From positions 142,600,001 to 142,664,000 of the forward strand of contig OZ024742.1 of assembly GCA_964016885.1 (NCBI GenBank): DNA of 64,000 nucleotides, in the 5' to 3' direction. The stretch's first letter is position 1. Each line of letters begins with the position of its first letter. The position numbers were made by a program, and so were the translations under genes. Under the pieces are notes generated by a model. It was not told the DNA's origin, made no database searches, and was given only the letters and a program-made list of their open reading frames with translations. Positions 11,385 through 24,764 of the stretch are shown in pieces. This DNA is from Eledone cirrhosa (taxonomy: Eukaryota).

Positions 11385-12257
11385 GAGCAGGAATGTGGTG
11401 GGTATTTGGAAAGTACAATAACTAGGGTAAGAACGGGATGGAAGAAGTTCAGGGAGCTACTGCCACTTCTAGCTGCAAAATGCTTTTCCCTCAAAATGAA
11501 AGGCAGACTGTATGATGCGTGTATACGAACAGCAATGTTACATGGTAGTGAGACCTGGGCGCTGTCTGTAGAAGACTTGCGTAGATTAGAAAAGAATGAA
11601 GCCTGCATGCTCCGATGGATGTGTAATAGTAATATACGCAAATGGCAAAGCATAAACAAATTAAGAGAGAGACTGAGCATAAGAGGAATCAAATGCTGTG
11701 TGCAGGAGAGGCGGTTGCGTTGGTATGGACATGTGATGCGTATGAAGGATGACAGCTGCATAAAAAGGTGCAGAGCACTATAAGTCGATGGAAACCGTGG
11801 ACTGGCGAGACCCAAGAAGACCTGGGATGAGGTGATAAAAGCCGACCTTACCCAATTACACCTCTCAAAGGCGATGATACATGACCGTGACCTCTGGTGT
11901 TACGCAGTAATACAGAAGACCCGACCCCCCACGGGTACAAGCCGAAGCTGAAGCATATAGACAATATGCCCCCATCCCCTCCCACTGCAAAGTGGTCGTG
12001 GAGGTGCCACGGCAAAAAAGCACCCAGCCCACACTGTAAAGTGGACGTGTAGGCGCTACGAAAAAGCACCCAGCACTCACTGTAAATGAGGTTGGTGTTA
12101 GGAAGGGCATTCAGCTGTAGAGATCAATCCAGAATCAGTTCCCGTATGAGCAAGGCATGGTCAGCCGACCGGCTACTGCCCACAACAGGACAACCCGTCT
12201 ACCCCATGCTAGCGTGGAAGAACGGATGTAAAACAGTGATGATGATGATGATGATGA
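11385..12257 (+). mobile_element. RTE-clade LINE 3' fragment (subfamily A: long 3' UTR, (GAT)n tail)
   Basis: [35 protein letters not shown], followed by the 3' UTR and GATGATG tail. Confidence 0.9.
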
Positions 12258-12339
12258 CACACATATAGCGTCATAATGATGTAATGCAGACAGATATTAT
12301 AAGGGCGCAACGTTATATCTATGTATCTATCTAAAAAGA

Positions 12340-12537
12340 AAGACTAAGAATTATAGAGAAAGACCGCTAAATCGCCTAATGTGGTCCCTAGAGCATTGAA
12401 AATTTGAAATTTTTTTGCTCAAAACACTCACAGGACCATAAGTATTACATGTGTAAAGTTTGAAAACAATCAGTTGGGTGGTTCTCAAGCTTTAGGGAGT
12501 CAGACAGACAGACATTCTCTGTTTTAGATATATAGAT
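12340..12537 (-). mobile_element. Probable non-autonomous Helitron 5' fragment
   Basis: The minus strand starts TCTATATATCTAAAACAGAGAATGTCTGTCTG, resembling the 5' end of the Helitron at 40909. Confidence 0.4.
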
Positions 12538-12737
12538 AACAAGAAGCATTTGGAAACCATTTTTCCAGTGAAATTGTGGTTTGCCTTTTGGGCTCCATAA
12601 CAAGCTTTATCAATTAATCATGGGGTTCTTTTTGAGACGTTTTATGGCCACATGATCTTCCTGGGGCCAACCCTTTTATGTAGCCTCATGCAACATTCAG
12701 GGATACAATATAGCTATTCTAAACTAGATACACACAG

Positions 12738-12813
<76 letters not shown>

Positions 12814-13358
12814 AAAAAAACAAGGGTTGGGAGACCTCATCAGTTGTTTCAAACTTTCCTGTGTTGCTGATTTGCATGATAAAATGCATCCCGCATACTT
12901 GGTAAAGAATGGGAATGTATGTAAGCAAGATGTGGGCACCCAGCCCATTGAGAGGGTACCAGGATAAAATGTACTCAATACACTTGGTAGAATGTGAAAA
13001 TGTCTGTAGGCAAGATGCAGACCACAGGCGCATCTGAGAGGTCAGTAGCTTTGATTAAGTACAGATTTGGTATGTAACAAACAGAGAAAAATAAAGATTA
13101 TATGCTGATGGTGATTATATACAGTATCTATCTCTCCTTCTCTTACTACATATATTATCACTTTTATGTCAACTCTTCCATGCTGGGGCATGAGTGGGAG
13201 ATCTTTTGAGACAATATTTTACAGTTGGTTGCGCATCATGAAGCAAACCCTTTTAGTTGCTTCTTATAACATGCTGGGATACAGTATACTTATTCTAAAA
13301 CCCAAGACACACAACAGCATACAAATACACACACACACATATATATATATATATATTG

Positions 13359-13730
13359 ACACAGGACCGTGACCTCTGTCGTCACGCAGTTATACAGAAG
13401 ACCTGAGGTCCCACGGGAACAAGCCGAAGCTGAAGCATATAGACAATATGCCCCCATCCCCTCCCACTGCAAAGTGGTCATGGAGGTGTCATGACAAAAA
13501 AGCACCCAGCCCACACTGTAAAGTGGTTGTGTAGGCACCACAGAAAAAAAGCACCCAGCACTCACTGTAAATGAGGTTGGTGTTAGGAACGGCATCCAGC
13601 TGTAGAAATCAAGCCAAAATCAGTTCCCGCATGAGCAAGATAAGGTCACCTGACCTGGCATTGCTCACAACAGGACAACCCGTCTAACCCATGCTAGCAT
13701 GAAAGAATTGACGTAAAACGGTGATGATGA
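13359..13730 (+). mobile_element. RTE LINE 3' end/UTR fragment (subfamily A)
   Basis: Matches 11880-12257 and has a (GAT)n tail. Confidence 0.85.
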
Positions 13731-14059
13731 TATATATATATATGTATATATACACACACACACATATATGGCTGATTGAACACACACATGCTTTTTCTCA
13801 AAATAATTCTTCTGTTTCTTCCTCTTCTCACCCTCCTCTATCTTTCTATTTCTTCTTTTATTCCTCATTTGATAAAAAAACAAACATCCAAAACATTTTC
13901 CCACTATATCAAGCATTAAACTTATATCTTAACTGTACTTTATTGTTTTCTGTTTACTTTTTTGCACACATATCTGTTGTCTATCTATCTACACATCTAC
14001 CTATGTATATATATATATATATATATATATTTAGGGATTGTAACGTCCAGTAATATATA

Positions 14060-14140
<81 letters not shown>

Positions 14141-14167
14141 TGAGTATGTGTTGGTTGTATATATATA

Positions 14168-14562
14168 TCATCATCATCATCATCATCATTTTACGTCCGC
14201 TTTCCCCTGCTTGCAAGGGTGGGACAGGAACTGATTCTGGCTTGATTTCTACAGCTGGATGCCCTTCCTAACACCAACCTCATTTACAGTGAGTGCTGGG
14301 TGCTTCTTTTACCGTGGCACCTACACGTCCACTTTACAGTGTGGGATGGTTGCTTTTTTGCCGTGGCACCTCCACGACCACTTTGCAGTGGGATGATAGG
14401 GACCTGAGTCCTATCATCTCATTTCTACAGCTGAGTAAACTGGAGCAATAAATAAAGTGAAATAAAGTGGCTTGCTCAAGGAAACAACACATCACCCGGT
14501 CTGAGAATTGAACTCACAACCTTTCGATTGCATATACCACTGTATATATACCACTAAGCCAT
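14168..14562 (-). mobile_element. tRNA-derived CORE-type SINE with RTE-derived tail
   Basis: Reverse complement of the family at 39731-40073. Confidence 0.85.
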
Positions 14563-15600
14563 GTATATATACAGCATACATGTTCTAAATGCTGGGATAC
14601 ACACAGACGTAGCTTACTTTTACATCTGAAGAAAAATATCATTACTTGCATGTGGCTGGCTGCAAGTAAAAAAAATCAATAGACCCAGGTAATGTCGATA
14701 TGCAATGATTATAATGCACTTGGTTAGATGTGCATAAATCAGCACCAATTCATGCTGCACCATTCTTGACAGCAGAGATAGTATTTCTGTTATGCATAGA
14801 TTGTTATTGGGTAATCAATTGTAGCCAGACTCACACACACAACACATACTTACATTACAAATATAGACACACACAGAAATGTGTCTGTATCTGTGTGTTG
14901 AACATCCGTCCATTCCGACAGCAAAGATATCCTGCTCATGAAATTAAAAGCTAGTGTCTGAGCATTTGTCTGGCATATGTATCCTTAATATAGTTCTCAG
15001 GGAGATTCATCATAACATATAGTGCAACAAGGCTGGCCCTTTGAATTACAATTATACCTCATTTTTGCTAGCTGAGCTGACTGGAACAATGGGAAATAGT
15101 GTCTTGCAGAGCAATTAAACTCACGACTTTACAATCATGAACCAAATACCCTAACTACTAAGCCACATGCCTTCACACACATACACACACATAAACATGT
15201 ACACATACACATACAAACATATGTATACAGACACCACGCATACACACACAAACATATATGTGCATAAACACATATACATATATACATTTGTGTATACACA
15301 CACATAAACACACACTCACCAACACATACACATGGGCCAACAAGTCAGCCACTATATGGTCACTCCATCTGCTAGAAATAAAAGCCAAATCTCCCTCAAA
15401 TAACATCCTACAGTCTTGAAAAAGGAAACAGACACATTGCTTCATACCCTAAAGAACGATTTGATGGTCACAGATGGAATGCCTTTAAGCTTAGTTCTAC
15501 TTGATCAGAGTTTACCTGGGGCTAAACAACAGCACAACAACTACACACAGAGTGATACATTCACATATACACATATATTTATATGTATGTGCATGTGTCT

Positions 15601-15900
15601 ACAATTAAAGCTCCGACATCTGGCAACTGACTTGGTAGACACCTTTCCAACAACAACCCTCAGAACCTTTTTGAATTCCATGTGTCTAACACCTGTGGAC
15701 ATGCTTACAAAATTAAAAAAACAGCACAGCTCCCATGACTTTCTGAAACATTTTTTCACGCTCAGAGTTGCTGAAGCATGGAATAAACAACCTGCATCAG
15801 TTGTTAGCTGTCAGGACACTGCTTCCTTCAAAATTTCCATGAGCCCGAAATTCGCCAACGCTACACCTGATATTCCCCCTCCATACACATGCACGCAATT
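15601..15900 (+). mobile_element. CR1-clade LINE 3' fragment
   Basis: KQHSSHDFLKHFFTLRVAEAWNKQPASVV resembles the CR1 ORF2 C-terminus (FF..RV...WN.LP). Confidence 0.7.
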
Positions 15901-16494
15901 GTGTGTGTCTGTATTCAAGTAATGCCAGGCTGATATATTTTCATTAGCAATGCTAGCATGGATATTGGACGTTAAACAACTGTGATGATGATGATGATGA
16001 AGCATTAGATATTAAGAAAAAGTCACAGATCTCATAATGGAACTACTATATCTAAGTGTCTCTGCATACACATACACAAGCACACACGCACAATCACATA
16101 CACACAAATACACATGTAAAGATATTGATACATTCACACAGAGATATATACACAGATATAAAACAGCTGAAACTGACAAGTATACAGATTGATAAATGAA
16201 CAAATAGACAGTTGTACATATGTGTCTGTATATATATATACATATATATATATATATACATGTATATATATACATGTGTATATATATATATACACATGTA
16301 TATAAATATACAGACACATATGTGCAACAGTCTATCTGATGGTTTACGTCCCTTGTGATTTGAATGCATATATGTATATATTTGTGTTTGTCTCCTTTAT
16401 TGTATTATAAGGCTCAGAAAATGAAATGTTCTCCTTGAGCTACTTTGATTATAAGGGACTAATGTGACTTTCTAACTCAATATATACTTTTCAT

Positions 16495-17056
16495 ATATCT
16501 AGAATAAGGACGGGTTGGAAGAAGTTTAGGGAGCTGCTTCCTCTGATGACAAAGAAGGGTTTCTCCCTGCGTACGAAGGGCCGGTTATATGATGCCTGTG
16601 TGAGATGCGCGATGCTGCATAGTAGTGAGACATGAGCAGCAACTGCAGAAGATATGCGATGGCTGGAGAGAAATGAAGCAAGTATGCTCCGTTGGATGTG
16701 CAATGTCAATATGCATGAACGACCAAGCATAGATGAGTTGAGAGAGAAACTGGGATTAAAAGGGATAAGTTGTGGTGTGCAGGAGAGAAGACTGCGGTGG
16801 TATGGACATGTAATGTGCATGGAGGATGACCGCTGGGTAAAGAAGTGCCAAGAAATCCCAGTAGAAGGAAGACGCAGTAGAGGAAGATCACGAAAAACAT
16901 GGGCGGAGATGGTGAGAGCAAACCTCAGATCGCTGAGATGCACGGAGGAGATAACGAAGGACTGTGACAAGTGGAGAGATGCTGTGCTGAATAGGACCTG
17001 TCCCAGCCTTGCAAGCATGGAAAAGCGGACGTAAAATGATGATGATGATGATGATG
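16495..17056 (+). mobile_element. RTE LINE 3' fragment (subfamily B: ORF runs up to the (GAT)n tail)
   Basis: RNEASMLRWMC, RRLRWYGHV, GRSRKTW; ends CCTTGCAAGCATGGAAAAGCGGACGTAAAATGATG. Confidence 0.9.
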
Positions 17057-17186
17057 CTATATATATATATATATATATAGCATCATCATCATATATATAT
17101 ATATAAACCCATGCTAGCGTAGAAGATAGACGTTAAACGACGATGATGATGATGATGATGATGATGATGATATATATATATATATC

Positions 17187-17323
17187 GAAGTAGTAACACA
17201 ACAGTTAGTTCACCATACCGAGAACAATTGTTTCACCTTTAAAAGGATCTTCAGAGCTGAAGGTCCGCATAAGGTGAAACAATTGTTCTCGGTATGGTGA
17301 ACTAACTGTTGCGTTACTACTTC
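17187..17323. repeat. Near-perfect inverted repeat whose two arms each carry a hammerhead-like core
   Basis: Arms GAAGTAGTAAC..CACC / GGTG..GTTACTACTTC. Minus strand: CTGAAGA-tccttttaaaggt-GAAA-caattg-TT. Plus strand: CTGAAGG-tccgcataaggt-GAAA-caattg-TT. Confidence 0.75.
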
Positions 17324-17386
17324 TACCTAACTCGTCCCATGGACTGAGTGCTCTACCACTACGGATATTACCTTCCAGTGTTCTAC

Positions 17387-17437
<51 letters not shown>

Positions 17438-17837
17438 ATGTTGAAAAGGTAACACACCAGAGAGAGATATACAGTGCGCTATCAAAGCTGAGGAACCGAG
17501 GTTATTCCATTTCTGTCAACAAATTACTGGCGAAACAGATCTCTTTGGATTTGTACGTGTGTTATATAGTTATAGAGGTATTTATTTATGCTTTAATTTA
17601 TATTTTTAATTATCGTGTCTATAGTCTGCCTTTCATAGGTTATAGATTCCATACACTGGTGGTTTTTTCCCTGTTTTATTGATAGCACACTGTATATCTC
17701 TCTCCGGTGTGTTACCTTTTCAACATATTGTATTTTAAAGAGCTCAGGATTTCTTCTCCATTGAGCACAGGGAATGGCGAGGTCCTATGGCTCCGTTAAT
17801 TTATCGTGATATATATATATATATATATATTAAATAT

Positions 17838-18221
17838 ATCATCACCGTTTTACGTCCGTTCTTCCACTCTAGCATGGGTTGTCCCGTTGTGGGCAGTATC
17901 CGGTCGGTTGACCTTGTCTTGCTCATACGGGAACTCTTTCTGGCTTGCTTTCTACAGCTGGATGCCCTTCCTAACATCAACCTCATTTACAGTGAGTGGT
18001 GGGTGCTTTTTTTCCGTGGCACCTACACATCCACTTTACAGTGTGGGCTGGGTGATTTTTTTGCCGTGGCACCTCCACAACCACTTTGTAGTGGAGTGAT
18101 ATAGGGACATCAATCCTATCATCTCATTTCTACAGCTGAGTAAACTGGAGCAATGTGAAATAAAGTCAACTCACAACCTTTCGATTGCAAGTCCAATGCT
18201 CTAACCACTAAGCCATGTGCC

Positions 18222-18222
<1 letters not shown>
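17838..18222 (-). mobile_element. tRNA-derived CORE-type SINE (internally deleted) with complete RTE subfamily-A tail
   Basis: Head matches 39731; the tail matches the RTE 3' UTR at 12000-12250. Confidence 0.8.
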
Positions 18223-18269
<47 letters not shown>

Positions 18270-18275
18270 TGTATG

Positions 18276-18316
<41 letters not shown>

Positions 18317-18318
18317 CG

Positions 18319-18354
<36 letters not shown>

Positions 18355-18363
<9 letters not shown>

Positions 18364-18592
18364 CTTTATATGTAGGGCTGGTTTCGGTTATTTGTTGGAG
18401 ATTTCTTCAGAGAAGCCTTATTCTTATAGCTTGGTCTATTCGATTTTTTTATATGGTTAATTATGCTAATTGGGAGAGGAAATGGTATATATTTTATCTG
18501 GTGATTCTATAGACATGTTTTACGATATATAGCTCTGATTATTTAATTTATTAACTTTTCATTGAGCCACAAAGTGACCCATTGCAAAACAC

Positions 18593-18686
<94 letters not shown>

Positions 18687-18691
18687 TAAAG

Positions 18692-18735
<44 letters not shown>

Positions 18736-18960
18736 TTTGCAATGGGTCACTTTGTGGCTCAATGAAAAGTTAATAAATTAAATAATCAGAGCTATATATC
18801 GTAAAACATGTCTATAGAATCACCAGATAAAATATATACCATTTCCTCTCCCAATTAGCATAATTAACCATATAAAAAAATCGAATAGACCAAGCTATAA
18901 GAATAAGGCTTCTCTGAAGAAATCTCCAACAAATAACCAAAACCAGCCCTACATATAAAG

Positions 18961-19001
<41 letters not shown>

Positions 19002-19392
19002 CGTGTTTTGCAACGGGTCACTTTGTGGCTCAATGAAAAGTTAATAAATTAAATAATCAGGTGCTCTAGGTTCCGAAGCTATCGGATATCTTAAAATGCG
19101 GACGAAACCATGGTTGAGGTAAATAAATGTGTTCACTTTTCTCCTAGTTTATTTTACACTTAATTCTGTTTAATTGACTGTATATCTGGGTGATTATGCT
19201 GTCAAAATATTCGATAAATATTCCGTCGCAGCCGGCGCGAAGGGCTGGTTTCGGTTATTTGTTGGAGATTTCTTGATAGAAGCCTTATTCTTATAGCTTG
19301 GTCTATTCAATTTTTTATATGGTTAATTATGCTAATTGGGAGAGGAAACGATATATATTTTATCTGGTGATTCTATAGACATGTTTTACGAT
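18355..19392. repeat. Fold-back repeat cluster: ~235-bp unit in inverted and partial direct copies separated by (TA)n
   Basis: 18355-18592 is the reverse complement of ~18731-18968; partial copies at ~19000-19060 and ~19243-19392. Confidence 0.85.
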
Positions 19393-19928
19393 ATATATAT
19401 ATATAGTTGTAAATGTTTCCCGGACCGATGTTTAGACGCTGAATTACAGGACATCGGTGTAGTTCGGTGCGCCCGAGGCTTTTTATTAATCAAAAGGCCA
19501 GGTGGAAAAGTAGAGAGAGAAAACGAAAGAGAGGGAAAGGAGGATGAATGGTGGGTAAAAGTTGAGGAGAGAGGAAGAAGGGGAAAATAGGAAAGGAATA
19601 GGAGAAAAAAAAGTGTACACATCCCATCATGGGAAGACACAGGTGAAAGAAACATGCAAAAAAGTGCATATATATGTATATATATATATATGCACATATA
19701 TATATATATATACATATTTGTATGTGTGTGTGTGCGCATGTGTATGTGTTGGTAAATACTACTCAGATATTGGGATTGATATAATCAACTTTTCTCTCAC
19801 GCCAGAAAAATCAATAGGGATCAGTACACCTGTTTATTATACAGATCAGCAAAAGATCAAGCAATTGCTTATTTATCCACACATTAGTGTGGATGAATAA
19901 ATTGCAATATATATATATATATATATAA

Positions 19929-21043
19929 TGTCCTCCCAAATGTAAAGTATGGGTGCATAAAAGATGTAGTGGGATCACAGGTAAGCTATCTAAGAACGTA
20001 GATTTTATGTGACTGGTGCTCAGGTGCAATAAGTAGCAAGTGCCCACAGGATACTAGCTCCTTCTATGGCCCAGATGGTTCTATAGAAATAGTGGACACC
20101 TTCCGTTACTTGGGTGACAAAATCAGCAGTGGTGGAGGGTGCCCTGAAAGTACAGTAGCTAGAGTCAGAACTGGATAGAAAAAGTTCAGAGAGCTTATAC
20201 CACTATTAGCCGCTAAAGGGTTCTCTCTAAAAATGAAAGGCAAGCTGTATGATGCCTGCATACGAACAGCAATGTTACATGGCAGTGAGACATGAGCTTT
20301 GTGTGCAGAGGATCTGCGCAGACTGGAGAGGAATGAAGCTTGCATGCTCCGCTGGATGTGTAATAGTAATATACGAGAACAACAAAGCATAAATGAACTA
20401 AGTGAGAAATTAGGTATAAGAGGGATCAGATGCTGATTACTTGAGAGAAGACTACGTTGGTATAGTCATGTATAAAAAAGTGCAGGGCGATCAAAATTGA
20501 CGGAAGTTACGGAATAGACAGACCCAGAAAAACCTGGGACGATCTGATAAATTCCGACCTTACACACTTACACCTCTCCAAGACAATGTCCAATGGACCA
20601 AGATCTTTGGCACTATGCAGTAATACAGAAAACCCGCCTTGCCTAAGTACAAAGCGAAACCTACAGTCAGTAGGCACCTCTTAATCAAATATACACCCCC
20701 ATCCCACTACCCCTACTTCCCCACCCCCATCAACACCACCCCTGTCTCTGTAAAGTTATGTTGGTACTACAACATCCAGTCCTAAATAAATGAGGTTGTG
20801 TAGCTCACAACAAAAAAAACACACAGTCCACGCTGTTTCATGGTCGTGTAGGTAACACTGTAAAAAGCTCCCAGTCCACACTGTAAACGTGGTTGGTGTT
20901 AGGAAGGGCATCCAGCCATAGAGAACCTGCCAGACAGTCCTATACGAGCAAGACGACCAATCTTGCCTCAAGTGGGACAATTCCCGTCTAAACCCATGCT
21001 AGCATGGAAGATAGACGTTAAACGATGATAATGATGATGATGA
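19929..21043 (+). mobile_element. Decayed RTE LINE 3' fragment
   Basis: [13 protein letters not shown] onward, homologous to 57050-58190, with stops and a (GAT)n tail. Confidence 0.88.
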
Positions 21044-21180
21044 TACAGGTGTATGTGCCGATGGAGGAAGCAGAAAAAGAGCGATTGCACTCTTTCGGAT
21101 GTGCAACTTGCCCAGCAAGTGGAAAGGCACTGAAGACAATGTCATAATAAGAGTCCACACTGTCATAATGACAGGGACGG

Positions 21181-21245
<65 letters not shown>

Positions 21246-21446
21246 GTTTGGGTGCTGAAAATGCATATGGATTCTTTAAACAATTTTTAATTTTTTTTAT
21301 TTATTTAATTCCCATGCTGGTTTCACAATTGTTTTCTTTTTCAATGGTAAATAATATATGTTGAAAATTCAAAAGTTTGAAAAAAACAACAAAAAGTTTC
21401 ATAGCAATAAAACCTCATGAAAGTTCAAAAAAAAAAAATAATAATA

Positions 21447-21637
21447 ATAATTGTTTCTACTTTTGGCACAAGGCCAGCAAATACCCAGTGCATTACTGGT
21501 ACTTTATTTTATCAACCCCGTAAGGATGAAAGGCAAAGTTAACCTCGGCAGGATTTGAACTCAGACCGTAAAGGGACGTAATTATGCTGGAAAGTATGGC
21601 GTCCGACCCTCTACTGATACTGCCAATCCACCACCCT
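21447..21637 (-). mobile_element. Second tRNA-derived SINE family (central GCCTTTCATCCTT..GATAAAATAAAGTACC domain)
   Basis: Minus strand has A-box-like TGGCAGTATCAG and B-box GAGTTCAAATCC. Related copies at ~22262-22390, 23295-23625, 34500-34660, 35356-35452, 47980-48080 and 50370-50558. Confidence 0.8.
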
Positions 21638-21847
21638 AGCAATAAAACATGGTGAAAATTTAAAAGTTTAATAAAACAAGAAAAACCTTACGTGCGATAT
21701 AAAACAGAAATGTTCATTTCTGGTTTAATGTGTCACTATTTTTATTTTTCAAGTTGATATTAACTTACTCAATAACATCAAGAAACCACCTTGTGATATT
21801 GAATCTCCTTAGAATGCTCATCATTGAAACCAACAGAGATCTATTAA

Positions 21848-22068
21848 CCCTTTAGCATTCACATTACTCTATATTTACTATTGTATTTTTGTGGTAAAGG
21901 CTTTATCTTACATAATTATCTCACATAATATCGAATCTATGAGATTTTGATATTATTTATTTTGAGAACAATACCTTGACATTGGTATGAGCAGCTGCTT
22001 ATGGCTGGTTTGAACAGAAAGAGGTGAGAGAATTCTTGGCGGATATGGCCGGTTTAAATGCTAAAGGG
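21848..22068. mobile_element. piggyBac-like MITE
   Basis: TTAA|CCCTTTAGCATT ... AATGCTAAAGGG|TTAA: TIRs plus TTAA TSD. Confidence 0.8.
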
Positions 22069-23939
22069 TTAAATATATAGTCATACCATAGGCCTTTATT
22101 TCCTGTTGTCAGGGTGAAATCATTTCATACAGCTTGTCTGGGCATTTTAAACCTGGCAGAGCCCATACCTTTCCAGGTTAGAACACAGCAGATTTCTTCC
22201 AGAGAAATATAGAGAGAGAAAGCATGAGGGGATTGAGAAAGAGAGTATAGAGGAAATGTTGAACTGGTACTTTATTTATCAACCTCAAAGGGATTAAAAG
22301 TAAAGTTGACTCCGACAGGATTTGAACTCAGACAATAGAGAGCTAGAACAAATACTGCAAAGTATTCTATCCAATATTCTAACAACTCTGATAGTAGAAA
22401 ATATAAATTTTAACAAAAAATAGGTACAGCCATCGCTGTATGGTTAAGAAGTTTGCTTTGCAATCACACGGTTTCATGATCTGTCCTATTATGTGGTACC
22501 TTGGGCAAGTGTTGACCAATAACTTGTGAGTAAAATTTGGTTGATGGAAACTATGTGGAGGCGTGTCATATGTGTGTGGGGGAGGCTGCCCATGCCTGCA
22601 TTTACATTTACACCTCTTACCAACTGCTACTGTTTGATCATGCCATATTACTTAGCAGTTTGACAAATAGAAATCAATAAAATAAGTGCTAGATTAAAAA
22701 CAAAGCTAAATACTGGGGTTGCTGTGATTGACTAAAAAGCCTTGGTGGTGTCCCACTAGAGCCTTAGTTCAACAACTTAAATTAGTAGAAGATTAAAAAG
22801 AATAAAATAAAAGAAGGGTAGTGAACAAATTATTCTTTGATGAGATAAAAAATCTAATGACTGTATCAGAGAGAGAGAGAGACCATCAGTTTTGGAATGG
22901 AATCAATACAGGGAATGATTGATTATTGATTATATAATGATAGTGTAAACATAATCACTTAGAAATTTCTGTGTCAATGTTTTGGATGTAGGAATGTTAA
23001 TAAGATGGTGGTGAGACTGAGAGGAGAGAGGTGAGAAATAGATGTTAGTGGTGGTAGTGGTGAATGACAGGAGGTGTTAATGGTGATGATGGTGTTTGCT
23101 GATGTTGCTTGTGGCTACTATGTATTTTTTATTGATTGCCTGAAGATGAAAGGCAGATTTGACCACAACAATGATTGCAACTGATATTGAGTGGATATGG
23201 TTGTCTTTGAGTAAAGAAATACTGCAAGTGATCCCCCACTTATGTTCTGCTCACAGTGTGGCAAACTCCAAAACGAAGGTAGCAAGAGAGAGAGAGAAAG
23301 AGAAATCAACCCTAGCATTTGATTGGTATTTATTCTATCAACTCCAGTATTTGACTGCTACTTTATTTTATTAGTCTCAGTTCTTGACTAGTACTTTATT
23401 TTATCAACCCTAGTACTTGACTGGTACTTTATTTTATCAGCTTCAGTACTTGAATATTACTTTAGTTTATCAACCCTAGTATTTAACTGATATTTAATTT
23501 TATCAACTCCAGAAGGATGAAAGGCAAAGCTCACCTGGGCATCATTTGAACTCAAAACACAAAGAGCTAGAATAAATGCTACAAGGCATTTTTTCTGATA
23601 CTTTAATGATTTTGCCAATCAACCAGTCAAATACTAAGGTTGATTTTAGATGTGAGCATGGTTGAGTTTGCTTTGCTATTATGTTCCAAGGTTCAATCCC
23701 ACTGCGTGGCATCTTAAGCAAGTTTTTTTTTATCGTAGCCTTAGGTCAACCCAAGCCTTGTGAGTGAAATTGGGTAGTTGTAGTATTTGGAAGCTCATTG
23801 GATGGACTGTACCTGTAATTCAAAGGGCTGACCTTGTCATACACTGTGTCAGTCAGGATCTTATTGAGAATTACATTAAGGGTACACTTGTCTATGGAAT
23901 ACTCAGCCACTTACACCAAATTACAAGATAAACTGTTCT

Positions 23940-24410
23940 TATAATTCAAAAGTCAGTGCCGATTGTTTTCACATGCACTCTGAAACCAGAGTGATCAGTG
24001 CCATTGATGTTCCACTTAAACTATTGCAGGTCCACTCCTTTTGGAAAGATGAGAAGGAAAAGACTTATAAAGGGTCAACATTCTGGACAAGGCAGTGTAG
24101 TTAGTGAGACCTGAGAAGTTAGACACAACATGGTTAATGAGGAGAATACAAATGAAGGATGTGGCATATGATCAGCAAGCCCCGGAAAGCAGAGGCCATT
24201 ATAGTAGAGTTAGATAGAGGTAACTGAGGCTGATTAGCCGTGTGTCTTTTCACTCTCAGAATGTGGCCTAGTATGTCAGAAGCACCATCACAGATATTGG
24301 AGCAGTAATTTATTGAGGGTTTCACTTGAGCTTTGTAAAGAGTCTTTAATTGTGTGGATAAATTTTATAAATACTTTAAGCATGGACCTCTAGGCCTTTG
24401 GGTTATTGAT
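23940..24410 (-). mobile_element. Old CR1/Jockey-like LINE ORF2 C-terminal fragment
   Basis: Minus strand reads TLYKAQVKPSINYCSNICDGAS, similar to the LYK..VRP.LEYC..VW thumb motif. Confidence 0.6.
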
Positions 24411-24427
24411 GTAACTTCATAACTATG

Positions 24428-24493
<66 letters not shown>

Positions 24494-24695
24494 GTCTAAC
24501 CTGATTAGTTTTTTCGTTGTTTTGGTATTGTATGGTTGGGTTTTGCCTGCCGCAATTTTCAATTTGTCAAGCTATCTAAACGTAATGCTACTACTCTGAG
24601 GATCTACCCTTATTGAGTGCTTTGCTACTCATTCCTAATTGTTGGTCGACTTTGCTTGGCTGCAGCCAAAGCTTCGATTTTACTAAGCTTCCACT

Positions 24696-24762
<67 letters not shown>

Positions 24763-24764
<2 letters not shown>

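Noticed and set aside
14609-14640. Possible 8-nt minus-strand micro-exon (ttcttcAG|ATGTAAAA|GTAAGC)
   Set aside because: Too short to distinguish from chance without transcript data.
18905-18950. CTGAAGA...(G/A)AAAC as a hammerhead in the fold-back unit
   Set aside because: Stems II and III do not pair.
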